A DNA stretch of 64,000 nucleotides from Octopus vulgaris (GCA_951406725.2 OX597815.1:186930001-186994000), one strand, 5' to 3'; counted from the first letter of the stretch, positions 1-12,366 are shown. The notes: generated by a model from the sequence alone, not told the origin. Numbers and translations are program-made.

Positions 1-65
1 TTTTGCTTTGTTTTTCCTTGTTAGGTGTAAAAGTTAAGAATGTTAAAGCAGAAATTAATAAGAAT

Positions 66-140
66 TACTCTTTTATTCTTTTACTTGTTTCACTCATTTG
101 ACTGCGGTCATGCTGGAGCACCACCTTTAGTCGAGCAAAC
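66..140 (-). mobile_element. SINE-A 3' tail fragment
   Basis: Reverse complement of the SINE-A tail (ggtgctccagcatg..gcagtcaaatga..gaaacaagtaaaaga) seen in the full copy at 7116-7570. Confidence 0.8.
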
Positions 141-449
141 ATTGAATGCCTATGGGTATCCACCCGAGTCAAATAGAAATCAAAGGGATCCACAGACAAA
201 AAGTAGCTGAGAACCAGTGTTCTACATAATATATATTTGCGTGGCTTGTAATGCTAGATCCTTTAGATTTTCATTTTGTATTTGTTTATATATGTTTTGA
301 ACATTCACATAGCAGTTATTATTATAAGAATTATTTCTGTTTTCGAACATAAGCATTTAAAAAATATTCAATAACAACTGTGATAAGGCTAGCTATTCAA
401 CTTGAAAGATTTTGGGTGCTATATCAGGTTAAAATACCGTGAAGCTGAA

Positions 450-872
450 CTGAGAGAGATGCAGACAGTTAGCCAACAAAGATCATGCAATTATATTATT
501 CATGAGTACTGTCCACTAGACGGTAATTGTCTAGCAAAGTTGAAAGTATACAGTTCAAAGGTCGAATCAAACAGCAGTGATCAATCTAAAACATGGATTG
601 GGGCAATGGAAATCACGTTTAAAAACCGTTATTACAAGGATAAACATTCATTTGTCAGTCCCGACAGAGAATATGCTACGGGTTTGTCGAATTCGTGAAG
701 ACAAGTCCTCACGAATTCAAAATTCAACCTTATTGGAACAGGAGCCTCAAATCAAAGACGTAGCGTGACCTTTGTTTGAGCGGAAAAATGAGAATTTAGA
801 CTCAAAGCACAGTTTGAATAAAAGAAGTGCACTGTTAATGCCTTGTGTGCATACGGCTAAGTATCCTTTATA
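450..872 (+). pseudogene. Penelope-like element GIY-YIG endonuclease remnant
   Basis: ORF 402-698 reads SCN..CPLDGNCL..VYSSKV..KTWIGAMEITFKNRYYKDKHSF..YATGLS; after frameshifts, LNKRSALLMPCVHTAKYPL at ~815-870 resembles the PLE endonuclease C-terminus (LNKRSE..CRH). Confidence 0.75.
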
Positions 873-1238
873 TAAACACAAGCCTCCTTGAATATCGTTC
901 TGGTTCCCAAAAACCGTTATTTTTCGAAATGTTTGATAGGTTTTATTGGTATATTTTTAATATGTGTGTGCGCGTTTCTGTATATGAGTATACGTATATA
1001 AACTTATGTATTTACGTATACATATATACATACAATTTTTTCTTCTTTCTCACCTTTTTCTTCCTTTCCTTCTTTTTCTTTAACACAACTTTCAGATACA
1101 AACACACACACACACACACACACATGCTTTCTCACTTTCTCCCCATTCATCACCGTCTTGTACTATCTTATATCTCTCCCCACCACTACACAATAATACT
1201 ATAAAAAGAATCAAAATTCCTGTAAAACTTAGTTCAAT

Positions 1239-1271
1239 TTGAAGACTCCACTAGAGTGGACGAAAGCGCTA
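1239..1271 (+). ncRNA. degenerate minimal hammerhead-like motif downstream of the PLE remnant
   Basis: ttgaaga-c-tccac(taga)gtgga-c-gaaa-gcgc-ta; palindromic loop 3, but C3 is altered and helix I is poor. Confidence 0.4.
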
Positions 1272-2244
1272 ATATATATGATATATGATTTATAAAAACA
1301 TGTAACATACTAATAAATATCTGTAAATATAAAACCATTCAGATTTCTGAGTACCTCATTTCTTCTAATACATGTATACATATACGTACACATGCATGCG
1401 TCTGCAAAGGTGCATACATATGTACATGAACATCCGCATATACACTCGTTGCTTTTTTTAAAACATTAATTAAAAGCATTAATTAAAAGTATTACTTAAA
1501 AGTGATATTTTGGAACATTGCTTAAAAAAACAACGCGACTTCATGACTTCAGTTGTATGGAATTTATGATGTTGACAATAAGATTGTCACGAGAACCAGA
1601 AATGAAATAAAAAGCGTGAGCTTGAAGCAGCCGTTTTCGCATGTGATGTTCACAAAGGTTTTAAAACGATAGCGAGAAGTGTTGCCTTCAAACTTGCGTT
1701 CCATATTTCAAAAAATATTCAGACAGTGGATATTCAGAACCAGGCTCGGTTTACCAGCTGGTGATCAGAAACGAGCAACTCGGAGTACTCGAAATCGGAG
1801 TGTTTCAGTTATAATATATTTAAGAATACTCTACATTTGAACTGAGTGCTTTAATTTATCTCTTCTGGTGAATCAACAGACAGATAGACACACACACACA
1901 CACACACACACATACATACATATCAGTTAGGATATTATAACACTTATATATACATATACATATATATTTATACAAATATACATACATGTATACATACATA
2001 TATATATATGTATGTATATACATACATATGCACATATACACGTGTGTAAAAGCTTGAAGATGGATTCGTCCTTTAATCGGTGTATCTATATGCTTATAAG
2101 TGTATGCCTCTATATACATGATTACATATATATGTATATACTCTACTCCATATACGACAAGCATTTATTCTATAATTTTGTAACTTTATATGTACCCCTA
2201 CATGTATCTATCTACTCGAAGATCATAATAATAATTACACAAAT

Positions 2245-2610
2245 ACTAGAACTGGGCGCCACTGCATAATGCCAAGGACTCCAAATTTGCCATCAAGATG
2301 TAGGACAAGATACTGCAATAGCCTGGGCTTCAGAGGTCCTCAACTCTTCAATATCCTCCCGAAGGACCTGAGAGACATGCATAGGGTGGATGTAGGTGTC
2401 TTCAAAATAAAGCTAAAACTCTTCCTGTCAAGTGTCCCAGATGAACCAACTTCGTGGCAGGAGGTGCAGATGAGAGCAACTGCATTAAACTCTCTCATGC
2501 ACCAAATGTCAATTCCTAAAAAGCATTCGTGAAGTAAAATTATGAAGCAACACCAAATGGCGGTGCCCCAGCATGGACACAGCTCATGAGCTGAAACTAG
2601 ATAAAATTTT
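2245..2610 (+). mobile_element. 3' end of CR1/L2-group LINE
   Basis: NSLGFRGPQLFNILPKDLRD..VGVFKIKLKLFLSSVPDEP is a typical LINE ORF2 C-terminus, followed by a hairpin-containing tail; related copies at 53060, 59670 and 60776. Confidence 0.75.
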
Positions 2611-2751
2611 AAAAAATAATAATAATAAAACATACATGCACTGAACCTATATAACGTGTATTATTTTTCTTTACGATCATATGTAGCCATACTCTATCCT
2701 TCTCACATGATACTTAGCAAGAATATTTCTTTTGACATAATTTTATATATA

Positions 2752-3150
2752 TACTAGCGGTATCGCCCGGCATTGCTCGGGTTTGTTTTGCCCCTTTAGA
2801 ATCGGAATCTTTGAAAAGTAAAACTTTTGCATTATGTAGCTTGTTATTCTCTTTAAGTGAACATTTTTCTGGTTGAAATACACTGAAAAATGGCGACACA
2901 GCAGTCAAAAAAATCATAAAAAATAGGGATTTTCATAGAAAAAAAGCACCTTTTGGATGTAAATAATTTTTGGTGTTAACATGGTCCGATTTGAATTTTT
3001 TCTCCTACGAAATGAAGAGCAAGCCTTCTTCTATCATACTCTCAATTTTGGTCAACTTGCGCCGCAGGGTCTCGGAGGAGATAGTGTTAGTTGAAGGCTA
3101 CCAAACCGGCCATACACAGACAACTTCAGCTTTATATATAGAGAGAGATA
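2752..3150 (+). mobile_element. non-autonomous Helitron/Helentron-like (Lep1/DINE-like) element
   Basis: Starts ACTAGC..GCCCGGCATTGCTCGGGT (subterminal hairpin) and ends ACAGACAACTTCAGCTTTATATATAG; second copy at 46729-47107. Confidence 0.6.
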
Positions 3151-3305
3151 TACAAAATATTTCTTTTGTATAACATTATCCTACACATTCAATACCTTTT
3201 ATCATTAATCGCTCTTTCTTTTATTTTTAACATTCCCTTCAGTACATGCCATATCTGATTATTATTTCTTCTTATTTATCCCCCCTACACTGCTCTTTTT
3301 TTCTG

Positions 3306-3613
3306 TACTCTTTTACTTGTTTCAGTCATTTGACTGCAGCTATGCTGGAGCACCGCCTTTAGTCGAGATAATCGACCCCAAGACTTATTCTTTGTAAGCC
3401 CAGTACTTATTCTATTGGTCTCTTTTGCCGAACCGCTAAGTTACGGGGACGTAAACACACCACCATCGGTTGTCAAGCGATGTTGGGCGGGGGGGGGGGG
3501 ACAAACACAGACACACAAACATATATACACACATACATATATATATATATATATATTTACATATATACGACGGGCTTCTTTTAGTTTCCGTCTACCAAAT
3601 CCACTCACAAGGC
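3306..3613 (-). mobile_element. SINE-A (5' truncated)
   Basis: Matches SINE-A body and tail, with internal (TA)/(CA) tract. Confidence 0.85.
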
Positions 3614-3704
3614 TGACTTGCTAATGACTCTTATTTCTTATTTCTTTACTGCCCACGGATTGAGTCGATAATATCGACCCCAGTCGGCCCGAGGCTATAG
3701 AAGA

Positions 3705-3708
<4 letters not shown>

Positions 3709-3756
<48 letters not shown>

Positions 3757-4110
3757 TAGGTAGGTAGGTAGGTAGGTAGGTAGGTAGGTAGGTAGGTAGG
3801 TAGGTAGGTAGGTAGGTAGGTAGGTAGGTAGGTAGGTAGGTAGGTAGGTAGGTATGTAGGTAGGTAGGTAGGTAGGTAGGTAGGTAGGTAGGTAGGTAGG
3901 TAGGTATGTAGGTAAGTAGGTATGTATGTATGTATGTATGTATGTATGTAGGTAGGTAGGTAGGTAGGCATGTAGGTAGGTAGGTAGGTAGGTAGGTATG
4001 TAGGTAAGTAGGTAGGTGGGTTGGTAGGTAGGTAGGTAGGTAGGTAGGTAGGTAGGTAGGTAGGTAGGTAGGTAGGTAGGTAGGTAGGTATGTAGGTAGG
4101 TAGGTAGGTT
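3709..4110. repeat. (TA)n followed by a ~360 bp (TAGG)n/(TATG)n microsatellite
   Basis: Direct reading. Confidence 0.95.
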
Positions 4111-4554
4111 AGTCGGTAGCCAGGTAGATAAGCAGGAATGCAGATAAATACATATGCAGTAACTTTGCAAGCAATTTTGAATGCTTGGATATATGATCTT
4201 CGTTCACTGGTAGACTAATTTAATAGTCAAAATTACTAATAATAAAGACATAGTAGCAGCGACGGATTGTGTTTTGCTAAAACATAGCAAATCGCAAGAA
4301 GATAATTCAATTTCGTATCCATTATACACGACATAAACTGTATAAGATAAGACAAATAACATTTCTCCGACGGAAAGTCTGTCTGACTTTCTAACTTTCT
4401 ATTCGAGCTTGTCATAATCTAAATAGAGAACGGCAGCAAATGATATATATACGTCTGGACAGACAGGCAAGCAGACGGACAGTCAGAGAGACAGACGGAC
4501 AGACAGATAAATAGGTTGACAGTTGGACAGACAGAGACATACAGACACATAGAT

Positions 4555-4630
4555 ATGTTTCTTTATTAGCCACACAGGGCTGAGCACAGAGGGGACAAAT
4601 TACAAAGTAGAGCTTTTCTTTTTGGGTAGA
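4555..4630 (-). mobile_element. 3' end of a putative LINE sharing its tail with SINE-B
   Basis: Minus strand ttgtcccctctgtgctcagccctgtgtggctaataaagaaac; longer copies at 9108-9238 and 13150-13420. Confidence 0.55.
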
Positions 4631-4715
4631 AACAAAAAGGAAAATAAAAATAAAAAATAAAAAGGAGGTAGGTTATAGATAGATAGATAGATAGATTGAT
4701 TCATACATACACGCT

Positions 4716-4772
<57 letters not shown>

Positions 4773-5193
4773 ACACACATATTCATGCTCTTTTATTCTT
4801 ATGGCTATTTCAGTCATTTGACTGCGGACAAGCTGGAGCACCACCTTAAAAGATTTTAGTCGAAGGAATCGACGCCAGGACGTTTTCCTTGTAGGCCCAG
4901 TACTTATTCTATCGGGGTTTTTTTGCCGAACCGCTAAGTCATGTCCAATGCCATTCACCGTATATTTGGTTTCATATAAGAGTGGCCTTCTCCTAGAGAC
5001 ATGCTTTAACAAAAGCTCAGATGTGCCTCAGTCCCCACGAACACGGAATTTCTAAGGGTTCAGGCTATTGCTAGATAGTCGTTGAGCTTACGCTAGGTTC
5101 ATCCGTCCTTTTGACAGGTCTTGTTTTTTTAGTTCTGCAGGGTTTCTAACAACCCTCCAACATTTACATATATATGCAACTACACACATTCTT

Positions 5194-5393
5194 CTCTTTT
5201 ATTTGTTTCAGTCATTTGATTGCGGCCATGCTGGAGCACTGCCTATAGTCGAGCAAATTGACCCCAGGACTTATTCTTTTTAAGTCTAGTGCTTATTCTA
5301 TAGTTTTGTTTTGTTTTTTGCCGAACCGCTAAATTATGGTGATGTAAACACCAGCATCGGTTGTCAAGCGATGTTCGAGGGACAAACAGAGAC

Positions 5394-5457
<64 letters not shown>

Positions 5458-5785
5458 CGGGTTTCTTTCAGTTTCCGTCTACCAAATCCACTCACAAGGC
5501 TTTGGTCGGTTCGAAGGTATAGTAGAAGACACTTACCCAAGGTGCCACGCAGTGGGACTGAATCCCTGTGGTTGGTAAGCAATCTACTTACCACACAGCC
5601 ACTCCTGCGCATATATATATATATATGCGACAGGCTTCTTTCAGTTTCCGTCTACCAAATCCACCCCCAAGGCTTTGGACGGCCCGAGGCTATAGCAGAA
5701 GACACTTATCCAAGGTGCTACGCAGTGGGACTGAACCCGGAACCATGTGGTTGGTAAGCAAGCAACTTACCACACAGCCACTCCT

Positions 5786-5790
<5 letters not shown>
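5194..5790 (-). mobile_element. SINE-A with tandemly duplicated 5' half
   Basis: Head segment 5456-5611 is repeated at 5628-5790, separated by (TA)n. Confidence 0.85.
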
Positions 5791-5833
<43 letters not shown>

Positions 5834-6224
5834 GTCCCTGTCTATTAAAAGAATCTTATTTATGACAGTTGCAATGGCAGCCTTCTGGGCTCCACGGATG
5901 TATGCACATGGCAGGCAATAATATATATATATATATGCAGCGCTTTGTTACATAAATTTGCATATAGATATTTATGTGTGTACTGTGTATGTTTATGCAC
6001 GCGTGGTGGTAGGGATATACGTATGTGTAATTAGCAGCATTCTTTTAAATATGGTTACTGGAATATTGCGAACAAAGACAACACGACAAATTTTGCAGCA
6101 GTACACACGCATATATATTCATGCATACACACACATAAATCCATACATGCATATATGTGTGCATGTATATGTGTGTATGCCTGTGTATATGTATTTGTGC
6201 GTGTATGTGTATATATATACAGAC

Positions 6225-6275
<51 letters not shown>

Positions 6276-6742
6276 AGTGTAAGCTCTGTGAGAGTGTGTT
6301 GTTCGTTCATTAGATTGTATCATATTTGAGTTGTGAGGTTATCGAAGTTAACAAACGAAGCGAATTCAGTAAAATGTTATTACGTACTTTTCAATAAATT
6401 ACATTTGCTTTTACAAATGGTCGCCACAGCGTCTAGACTAAAGAATACTGTCAGTGAAATCGCCAAACAATATGTTGTCAAAACGCCATTGTTCAATGCA
6501 TTTGTAATAGTAAACAATATCTTTCGCAATCTTCAGAAAAGCAACTGGCTAAGTCTGTAAATTTGTTTTATTCTTTTAATATGTTCATTTATTTGACTGT
6601 GGCCATGCTAGAACATTGCTTATTTAATGATATTAAATCTTTTAGAGATTTTCGTGCTAATTGTAACAATATCTATTTGTGAAATCGCTTGAGTTTAACC
6701 AAAATACTTCCCTTTAGAGCAGTGCTTCGCAACCGGTATGCC

Positions 6743-6972
6743 GCGGCGAGCTGGTAGAAACATTAGCACGCCGGATGAAATGCTTAGCGGTATTTCGTCT
6801 GTCGTTACGTTGTGAGTTCAAATTCCGCCGAGGTTGACTTTGCCTTTCATCCTATCGGGGTCGATAAATTAAGTACCAGTTCCGCACTGGGGTCGATGTA
6901 ATCGACTTAATACCTATGTCTGTCCTTGTTTGTCCCCTCTATGTTTAGCCCCTTGTGGGTAATAAAGAAATA
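6743..6972 (+). mobile_element. SINE-B with TSD GGTATGCCGCGGC
   Basis: tRNA-like head with B-box-like gagttcaaattcc; central gttgactttgcctttcatcc..ggggtcgataaattaagtacc; TSD at 6735-6747 and 6973-6985. Confidence 0.9.
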
Positions 6973-7115
6973 GGTATGCCGCGGCACACTGGTGTACCAG
7001 GAAACGATGCTAGGTGTGCTACAGTGTAAGCTGAATATAATTTCTTTTCCTATATTTTTAGTTGTAATTTTAATCCAGGTGTGACGCCGAATTTTGAAAA
7101 GAGCATAAGAGTATA

Positions 7116-7299
7116 AGCGCAGGAGTGGCTGTGTGTTAAGTAGCTTGCATACTAACCACATGGTTCCGGGTTCAGTCCCACTGCGTGGCACCTTGTGCAA
7201 GTGTCTTCTACTATAGCCATGGGCCGACCAAAGCCTTGTGAGTGGATTTTGGAGACGGAAACTGAGAGAACCCTCGTCGTATATATGTATATATATATA

Positions 7300-7368
<69 letters not shown>

Positions 7369-7570
7369 TTGTGTGTTTGAACCCCCAACATCGCTTGACA
7401 ACTGATGCTGGCGTCCCCGTAACTTAGCGGTTCGGCAAAAGAGACCGATAGAATAAGTACTAGGCTTACAAAGAATAAGTCCTGGGGGTCGATTTGCTCA
7501 ACTAAAGGCGGTGCTCCAGCATGGCCACAGTCAAATGACTGAAACAAGTAAAAGAGCAAAAGAGCGAAGA
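7116..7570 (+). mobile_element. SINE-A, full length
   Basis: A-box-like tggctgtgtgtta, B-box-like ggttcagtccc, ccttgtgcaagt core-like segment, internal (TA)(TG)n, (gtaaaaga)-type tail. Confidence 0.9.
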
Positions 7571-7673
7571 GAACCGCAAATGAAAAAAGGTTGCGGAGCA
7601 CTACTTTAGAGAGTTACCTAACTTTTATGAAAAAAAAGCTACAACACATTACCCTTTATTTACACTGGGCATA

Positions 7674-7980
7674 CTGGCACTCCGTCGGTTACGACGACAA
7701 GGGTTCCAGTTGATCCGATCAACGGATTAGCCTGCTCAAGAAATTAACGTGCAAGTGGCTGAAAGTACCCTTAACGTAGTTCACTGGGAATTTCAGCGTG
7801 AGACAGAATGACAAAGCTGGCCCTTTGAAATACAGTTACTACTAACTTTTCCAGCTGAGTGGACTGCAGCAACGTGAAATAAAGTGTCTTGCTCAAGGAG
7901 GCAATGCGTCGCTGGGAATTGAACTCACGACCTTTACGATCGTGAGCCGAATGCCCTAACCAATAAGCCACGTGCCTTCA
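7674..7980 (-). mobile_element. SINE-C
   Basis: Minus head tgaaggcacgtggcttattggttagggc..gagttcaattccc, then ccttgagcaagacacttt; tail ends cgtaaccgacggagtgcca. Confidence 0.85.
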
Positions 7981-8044
7981 CTGTACATGCTAAAAAAAAC
8001 ATAAATACACACTCACATGTGCGTACAAGCACATACACACACTG

Positions 8045-8250
8045 GAACGGGCAGAAGTGTTAGCACGCCGAACCAAATTCTAACTGGCATTTAGTCCGGC
8101 TTTACCTTCTGAGTTCAAATTCTGCCGGTGTTCACTTTGCCTTTCATCCTTTCGGGGTCGACAAAATAAGTAACAGTTTAATTCGAGAGTCGATGTTACT
8201 GACAACCCCAGCCCCGAAATTGCTGGCCTTGTGCCAAAATTTGAAATATC
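8045..8250 (+). mobile_element. older SINE-B subfamily (alternative tail)
   Basis: SINE-B head and core with tail ccgaaattgctggccttgtgccaaaatttgaaa; similar copies at 9245-9417, 38269-38475, 47900-48040 and 57957-58160. Confidence 0.75.
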
Positions 8251-8301
8251 AACTGGCTGTGTCCAGTAAAGTCACAAACTTTGGGCTGAAACACATAAAA
8301 G

Positions 8302-8363
<62 letters not shown>

Positions 8364-8379
8364 CATATATTATATATGT

Positions 8380-8763
8380 GGTGGAAGCACTCCGTCGGTT
8401 ACGACGATGAGGGTTCCGGTTGATCCGATCAACGGAACAGCCTGCTCGTGAAATTAACGTGTAAGTGGCTGAGCACTCCACAGACACGTGTACCCTTAAC
8501 GTAGTTCTCGGGGATATTCAGCGTGACACAGAGAGTGACAAGGCCGGCCCTTTGAAATACAGGTACAACAGAAACAGGAAGTAAGAGTGAGAGAAAGTTG
8601 TGGTGAAAGAGTACAGCAGGGATCACCACCATCCCTGCTGGAGCCTCGTGGAGCTTTAGGTGTTTTCGCTCAATAAACACTCACAACGCCCGGTCTGGGA
8701 ATCGAAACCGCGATCCTACGACCGCGAGTCCGCTGCCCTAACCACTGGGTCATTGCGCCTCCA
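8380..8763 (-). mobile_element. SINE-D (tail type 1, shared with SINE-C)
   Basis: Minus head tggaggcgcaatgacccagtggttagggcagcggactcgcggtc..ggtttcgattccc; 3' half closely matches the SINE-C tail. Confidence 0.85.
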
Positions 8764-8764
8764 C

Positions 8765-8795
<31 letters not shown>

Positions 8796-8852
8796 CATAC
8801 ATACATACATATATATATATACATACATACATACATATATATATATATATAC

Positions 8853-8892
<40 letters not shown>

Positions 8893-8954
8893 ACATACAT
8901 ATATATACATACACACATATATATATATACATACATATATATACATACACACAC

Positions 8955-8998
<44 letters not shown>

Positions 8999-9107
8999 AC
9001 ACATATATACATACATATATATATATATACATGCATATACAGAAGAATGAGATCTCGTATTCCTCCCTAATTATAATTATACTCATAATTATAGAATTTT
9101 TGTATAA

Positions 9108-9238
9108 GTTTACCGATAATGGTTCTTTATGTACACGTCCCAAAACGTTTTCGATCCCTTTTGATCGGTTTTGAAACGAAAAATTCTACATAGTATTGTC
9201 CCCGCTGTGTTCGGCCCCGCGTAGCCTAATAAAGAAAT
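9108..9238 (+). mobile_element. putative LINE 3' UTR sharing its tail with SINE-B
   Basis: cgatcccttttgatcg..ttgtccccgctgtgttcggccccgcgtagcctaataaagaaa; homologous to 13150-13420. Confidence 0.55.
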
Positions 9239-9896
9239 CTGTCTATTGGTTTCAAATTTTGGCACAGCGCCAGCAGTTTTGGGGGAGGAGTAAGTCATTA
9301 CATCGACCTCAGTGCTCAACTCGAAAGGATGAAATACAACGTCGACCTCGGCGGAATTTGAACTCAGTTTGAAAGCATTTTGCCCGGCGTGCTAACGATT
9401 CTGCCAGCTCGCCGCCATATCTCCTAGTTACATTGCCAGCCTAGGGTTAAGAATATATGCTCTTTGGTAAATGTGGGGCTTCTATAGAGCTGAATGATTA
9501 TTCCAACAGTTTGGTTAATTAGGCATATCATCGTTATTGCCGCCGCCTCTAAATTTTCTCAGCATTTCAAAACGATCTTTGCGTTCCATTTAATCTTCTA
9601 AGACAGCCTGCATTATTAGAGGTCGAAAATTAGGGTAAGATCTGGATTCGTTTGAGAAATAACATTCTGACAGGAATCGTAGTCCTTTTGTTTGAACAAT
9701 TCGTCAAACTGATTCTTGAAAGCAAAGGTTGGTTTCATTAAATGGGAATTTGAGACTTAAGCTCTACCGCAAATTACAAATTCGTTGAAGCACCTTCTAA
9801 TGGTGCAACTGTATACACACATCTGTCATGGTTCGTAATGAAATACTACAGCACAGAAGACATGATCTGTGTCATTTCATTATGGCTGGCTTTAAG

Positions 9897-10512
9897 ACGG
9901 CGAGCTGGCAGAAACGTTAGCACGCCGAGAAAAATGCTTAGCCATATTTCGTCTGCTGTTACGTTCTGAGTTCTAATTCCGCCGAGGTCGACTTTGCCTT
10001 TCATCCTTTCGGGGTCGATAAATTAAGTACCAGGTACGCACTGGGGTCGATATATTCAACTTAATCCGTTTGTCTGTCCTTGTTTGTCCCCTCTGTGTTT
10101 AGCCCCTTGTGGGCAGTAAAGAAATAGATAGGTATTTCGTCTGTCTTTAAGGCGGAGAGCTGGCGAAATGCGTAGCCGTATTTCGTCTGCCGTTACGTTC
10201 TGTGTTCAAATTCCGCCGAGGTCGACTTTGCCTTTCATCCTTTCGGGGTCGATAAACTAAGTACCAGTTACGCACTGGAGTCGATATAATCGACTTAATC
10301 CGTGTGTCTGTCCTTGTTTGTCCCCTCTGTGTTTAGCCCCTTGTGGGCAGTAAAGAAATGGGTATTTCGTCAGTCTTTACGTTCTGAGTTCAAATTCCGC
10401 CGAGTTCTACTTTTATCTTTCATCCTTTCGGGGTCGATAAATTAAGTACGAGTTGACCACCGGGGGTTGATGTAATCCACGAACTTAATGGCTATGATCC
10501 AAAATTTGAAAC
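9897..10512 (+). mobile_element. three nested or tandem SINE-B units
   Basis: Tails at ~10127 and ~10359 are each followed by GGTATTTCGTC. Confidence 0.85.
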
Positions 10513-11331
10513 CATTATAGATGGTTCTGAAATCCTTCTTGTATGTTTGGAACTCAAAGCATTTCTCTACTGGATCCAGGTGTTTTTTTTTTACTCTTTT
10601 TGATGTTAGTTGGGGTTTTTTTCTTCTTTGACTGTGAAAGTTTTCTTATCTTGTCAGACATTTTTATCTATATTGATTAACGAAATTTTATATTTTATTT
10701 TCCTTCACTCGGCTTCAGTTCAATAAACTGAAAGCTATGACTTTTACCAAGAAAGGAAAGAATTCTTCCTCCCATTTTTGGAATTGACAGCTGTTTATTT
10801 CCTTTAGTGGGCGCTAGCAATTTAATTATTTTATCTATTTTAATGGTTGGCTCTGTACAGTCTAATTACAGAAAAGAAACGACAAAAAAAAAACCGCAGA
10901 AATATCAACCATTAATGAAATAACAGTCTACTCACAAATTTTATCCAAACCTGAAATCATGAACGGCAGCTAGAGTGAAGGGAAAAAAAACAAATCAAAG
11001 ATAACAACGCGTGTATGAAAACATTTCCCATCTTTACAGCAATTTCTAATCTTCTTGTCAGATGTACGTAATATTCCATTGACCTCTTTTCTTTGATCTT
11101 CTCAGATCGCTATAATGACCAACGAGGGAAAAGAAAATTGTGATTAGTCCAACGAGAAAAAAGCACTTTAGAAGAAATTGCGATCTAGTTCACTTTGCTA
11201 TTTAAAGAAGGAAAATAGAAAGAAAAAATAGCTTAAATATTTTTTTTTTAAATTGACTTCAGTTTTAATACCAAAAAAGCTGTTCTTTCTCGGTCAAGTA
11301 TTTCATATATCCCAATAGCTGCTATTGCGTG

Positions 11332-11570
11332 AAGGCGGCGAGCTGGCAGAAACGTTAGCACGCCGGGCGAAATACTTAACCGTATTTCGTCTGCCGTTAG
11401 GTTGTGAGTTCAAATTCCGCCGAGGTCGACTTTGCCTTTCATTCTTTCGGGGTCCATAAATTAAGTACCAGTTACGCACTGGGGTCGATGTAATCAACTT
11501 AATCCGTTTGTCTGTCCTTGTTTGTCCCCTCTGTGTGTATCGCCTTGTGGGCAGTAAAGAAATAAGAAAT
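11332..11570 (+). mobile_element. SINE-B, full length
   Basis: Complete head, core and tail. Confidence 0.9.
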
Positions 11571-11682
11571 AAGGGTCATTAGCAAGTCAGCCAAAATTCT
11601 TAGCAGCATTTCATTCGTCTTTACGTTCTGAGTTCAAATTCCACCGAGGTTGACTTTGTATGTGTGTGCACGTATGTATGTA

Positions 11683-12258
11683 TACGAGGTCTGATCAAAA
11701 AGTTCAAGGTCAAAAAGTATCACAACTATAAAAAGAAAACTACAACACATCAATTCGGCGTTTAATGTCCTTCGCAGTAGTCCCCTTCTGGAGCCACACA
11801 CTTTATCCATCGTCGTTTCCATTGATGGAAGCATTCCAGGAACTCCTGTTTTGGGGATAGCGAACAGCTATCCAAAAATGCCTGGTCGCATTCTTTAGGA
11901 TTTCCTCGATATCTTGAAATTTTGTTGAGGATCTTCCATTGCAAAGATTGAGCCTTGATTTTGAAGCCATGGTCATAGACCCACGATTCATTACCTGTCT
12001 TCAAAAAGTTTCCGCCTTCTTCGACACAATGAAGAAGATCCTGCGCTGCAGAAACCTGATCTTCTTTTTGAAACGACCACACTCTACACACTTTACTTCC
12101 AAGTACTGCTATAAACAAGAGAAGTGCGCGAGAATACCATGACTTAGTATGCAAGCGCGATAGAGTTCAATGTCAATCTGTGCCAAGCGACTTTACTCAG
12201 AGCTATTTAGTATCGTTACCATAGTAACAGTCCCGGTACTTTTTATCAGGCATCGCAT
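11683..12258 (-). mobile_element. internally deleted mariner element
   Basis: Imperfect TIRs TACGAGGTCTGATCAAAAAGT / ACTTTTTATCAGGCATCGCA; peptides KTGNESWVY (TGDESW) and FHQWKRRWIKCVAPEGDYCEG. Confidence 0.85.
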
Positions 12259-12302
12259 GATAGAAAAGTAAAAAAATAAAACATGAAAATGCGGTAAAAA
12301 AA

Positions 12303-12304
<2 letters not shown>

Positions 12305-12361
<57 letters not shown>

Positions 12362-12366
12362 CAACA
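12305..12366. repeat. (TAA)n(CAA)n microsatellite
   Basis: Direct reading. Confidence 0.95.

Larger units (their letters stand above)
6720..7603. mobile_element. hAT (Charlie-like) MITE carrying nested SINE-B and SINE-A
   Basis: TIRs CAGTGCTTCGCAACC / GGTTGCGGAGCACTA; 8-bp TSD CTTTAGAG at 6712-6719 and 7604-7611. Confidence 0.8.

Noticed and set aside
1757-1805. CTGGTGA..CTCGAAATCGGAG hammerhead-like sequence
   Set aside because: Altered core with no convincing helices or UH site
3753-4110. (TAGG)n as a functional G-quadruplex array
   Set aside because: Only GG runs in a common microsatellite class; no evidence of function
7116-7190. SINE heads as tRNA genes
   Set aside because: Only A/B-box-like similarity, always fused to SINE bodies; no complete cloverleaf verified
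9897-10512. Repeat-spacer appearance suggesting a CRISPR-like array
   Set aside because: Long SINE units in a eukaryotic context; no short repeats with unique spacers
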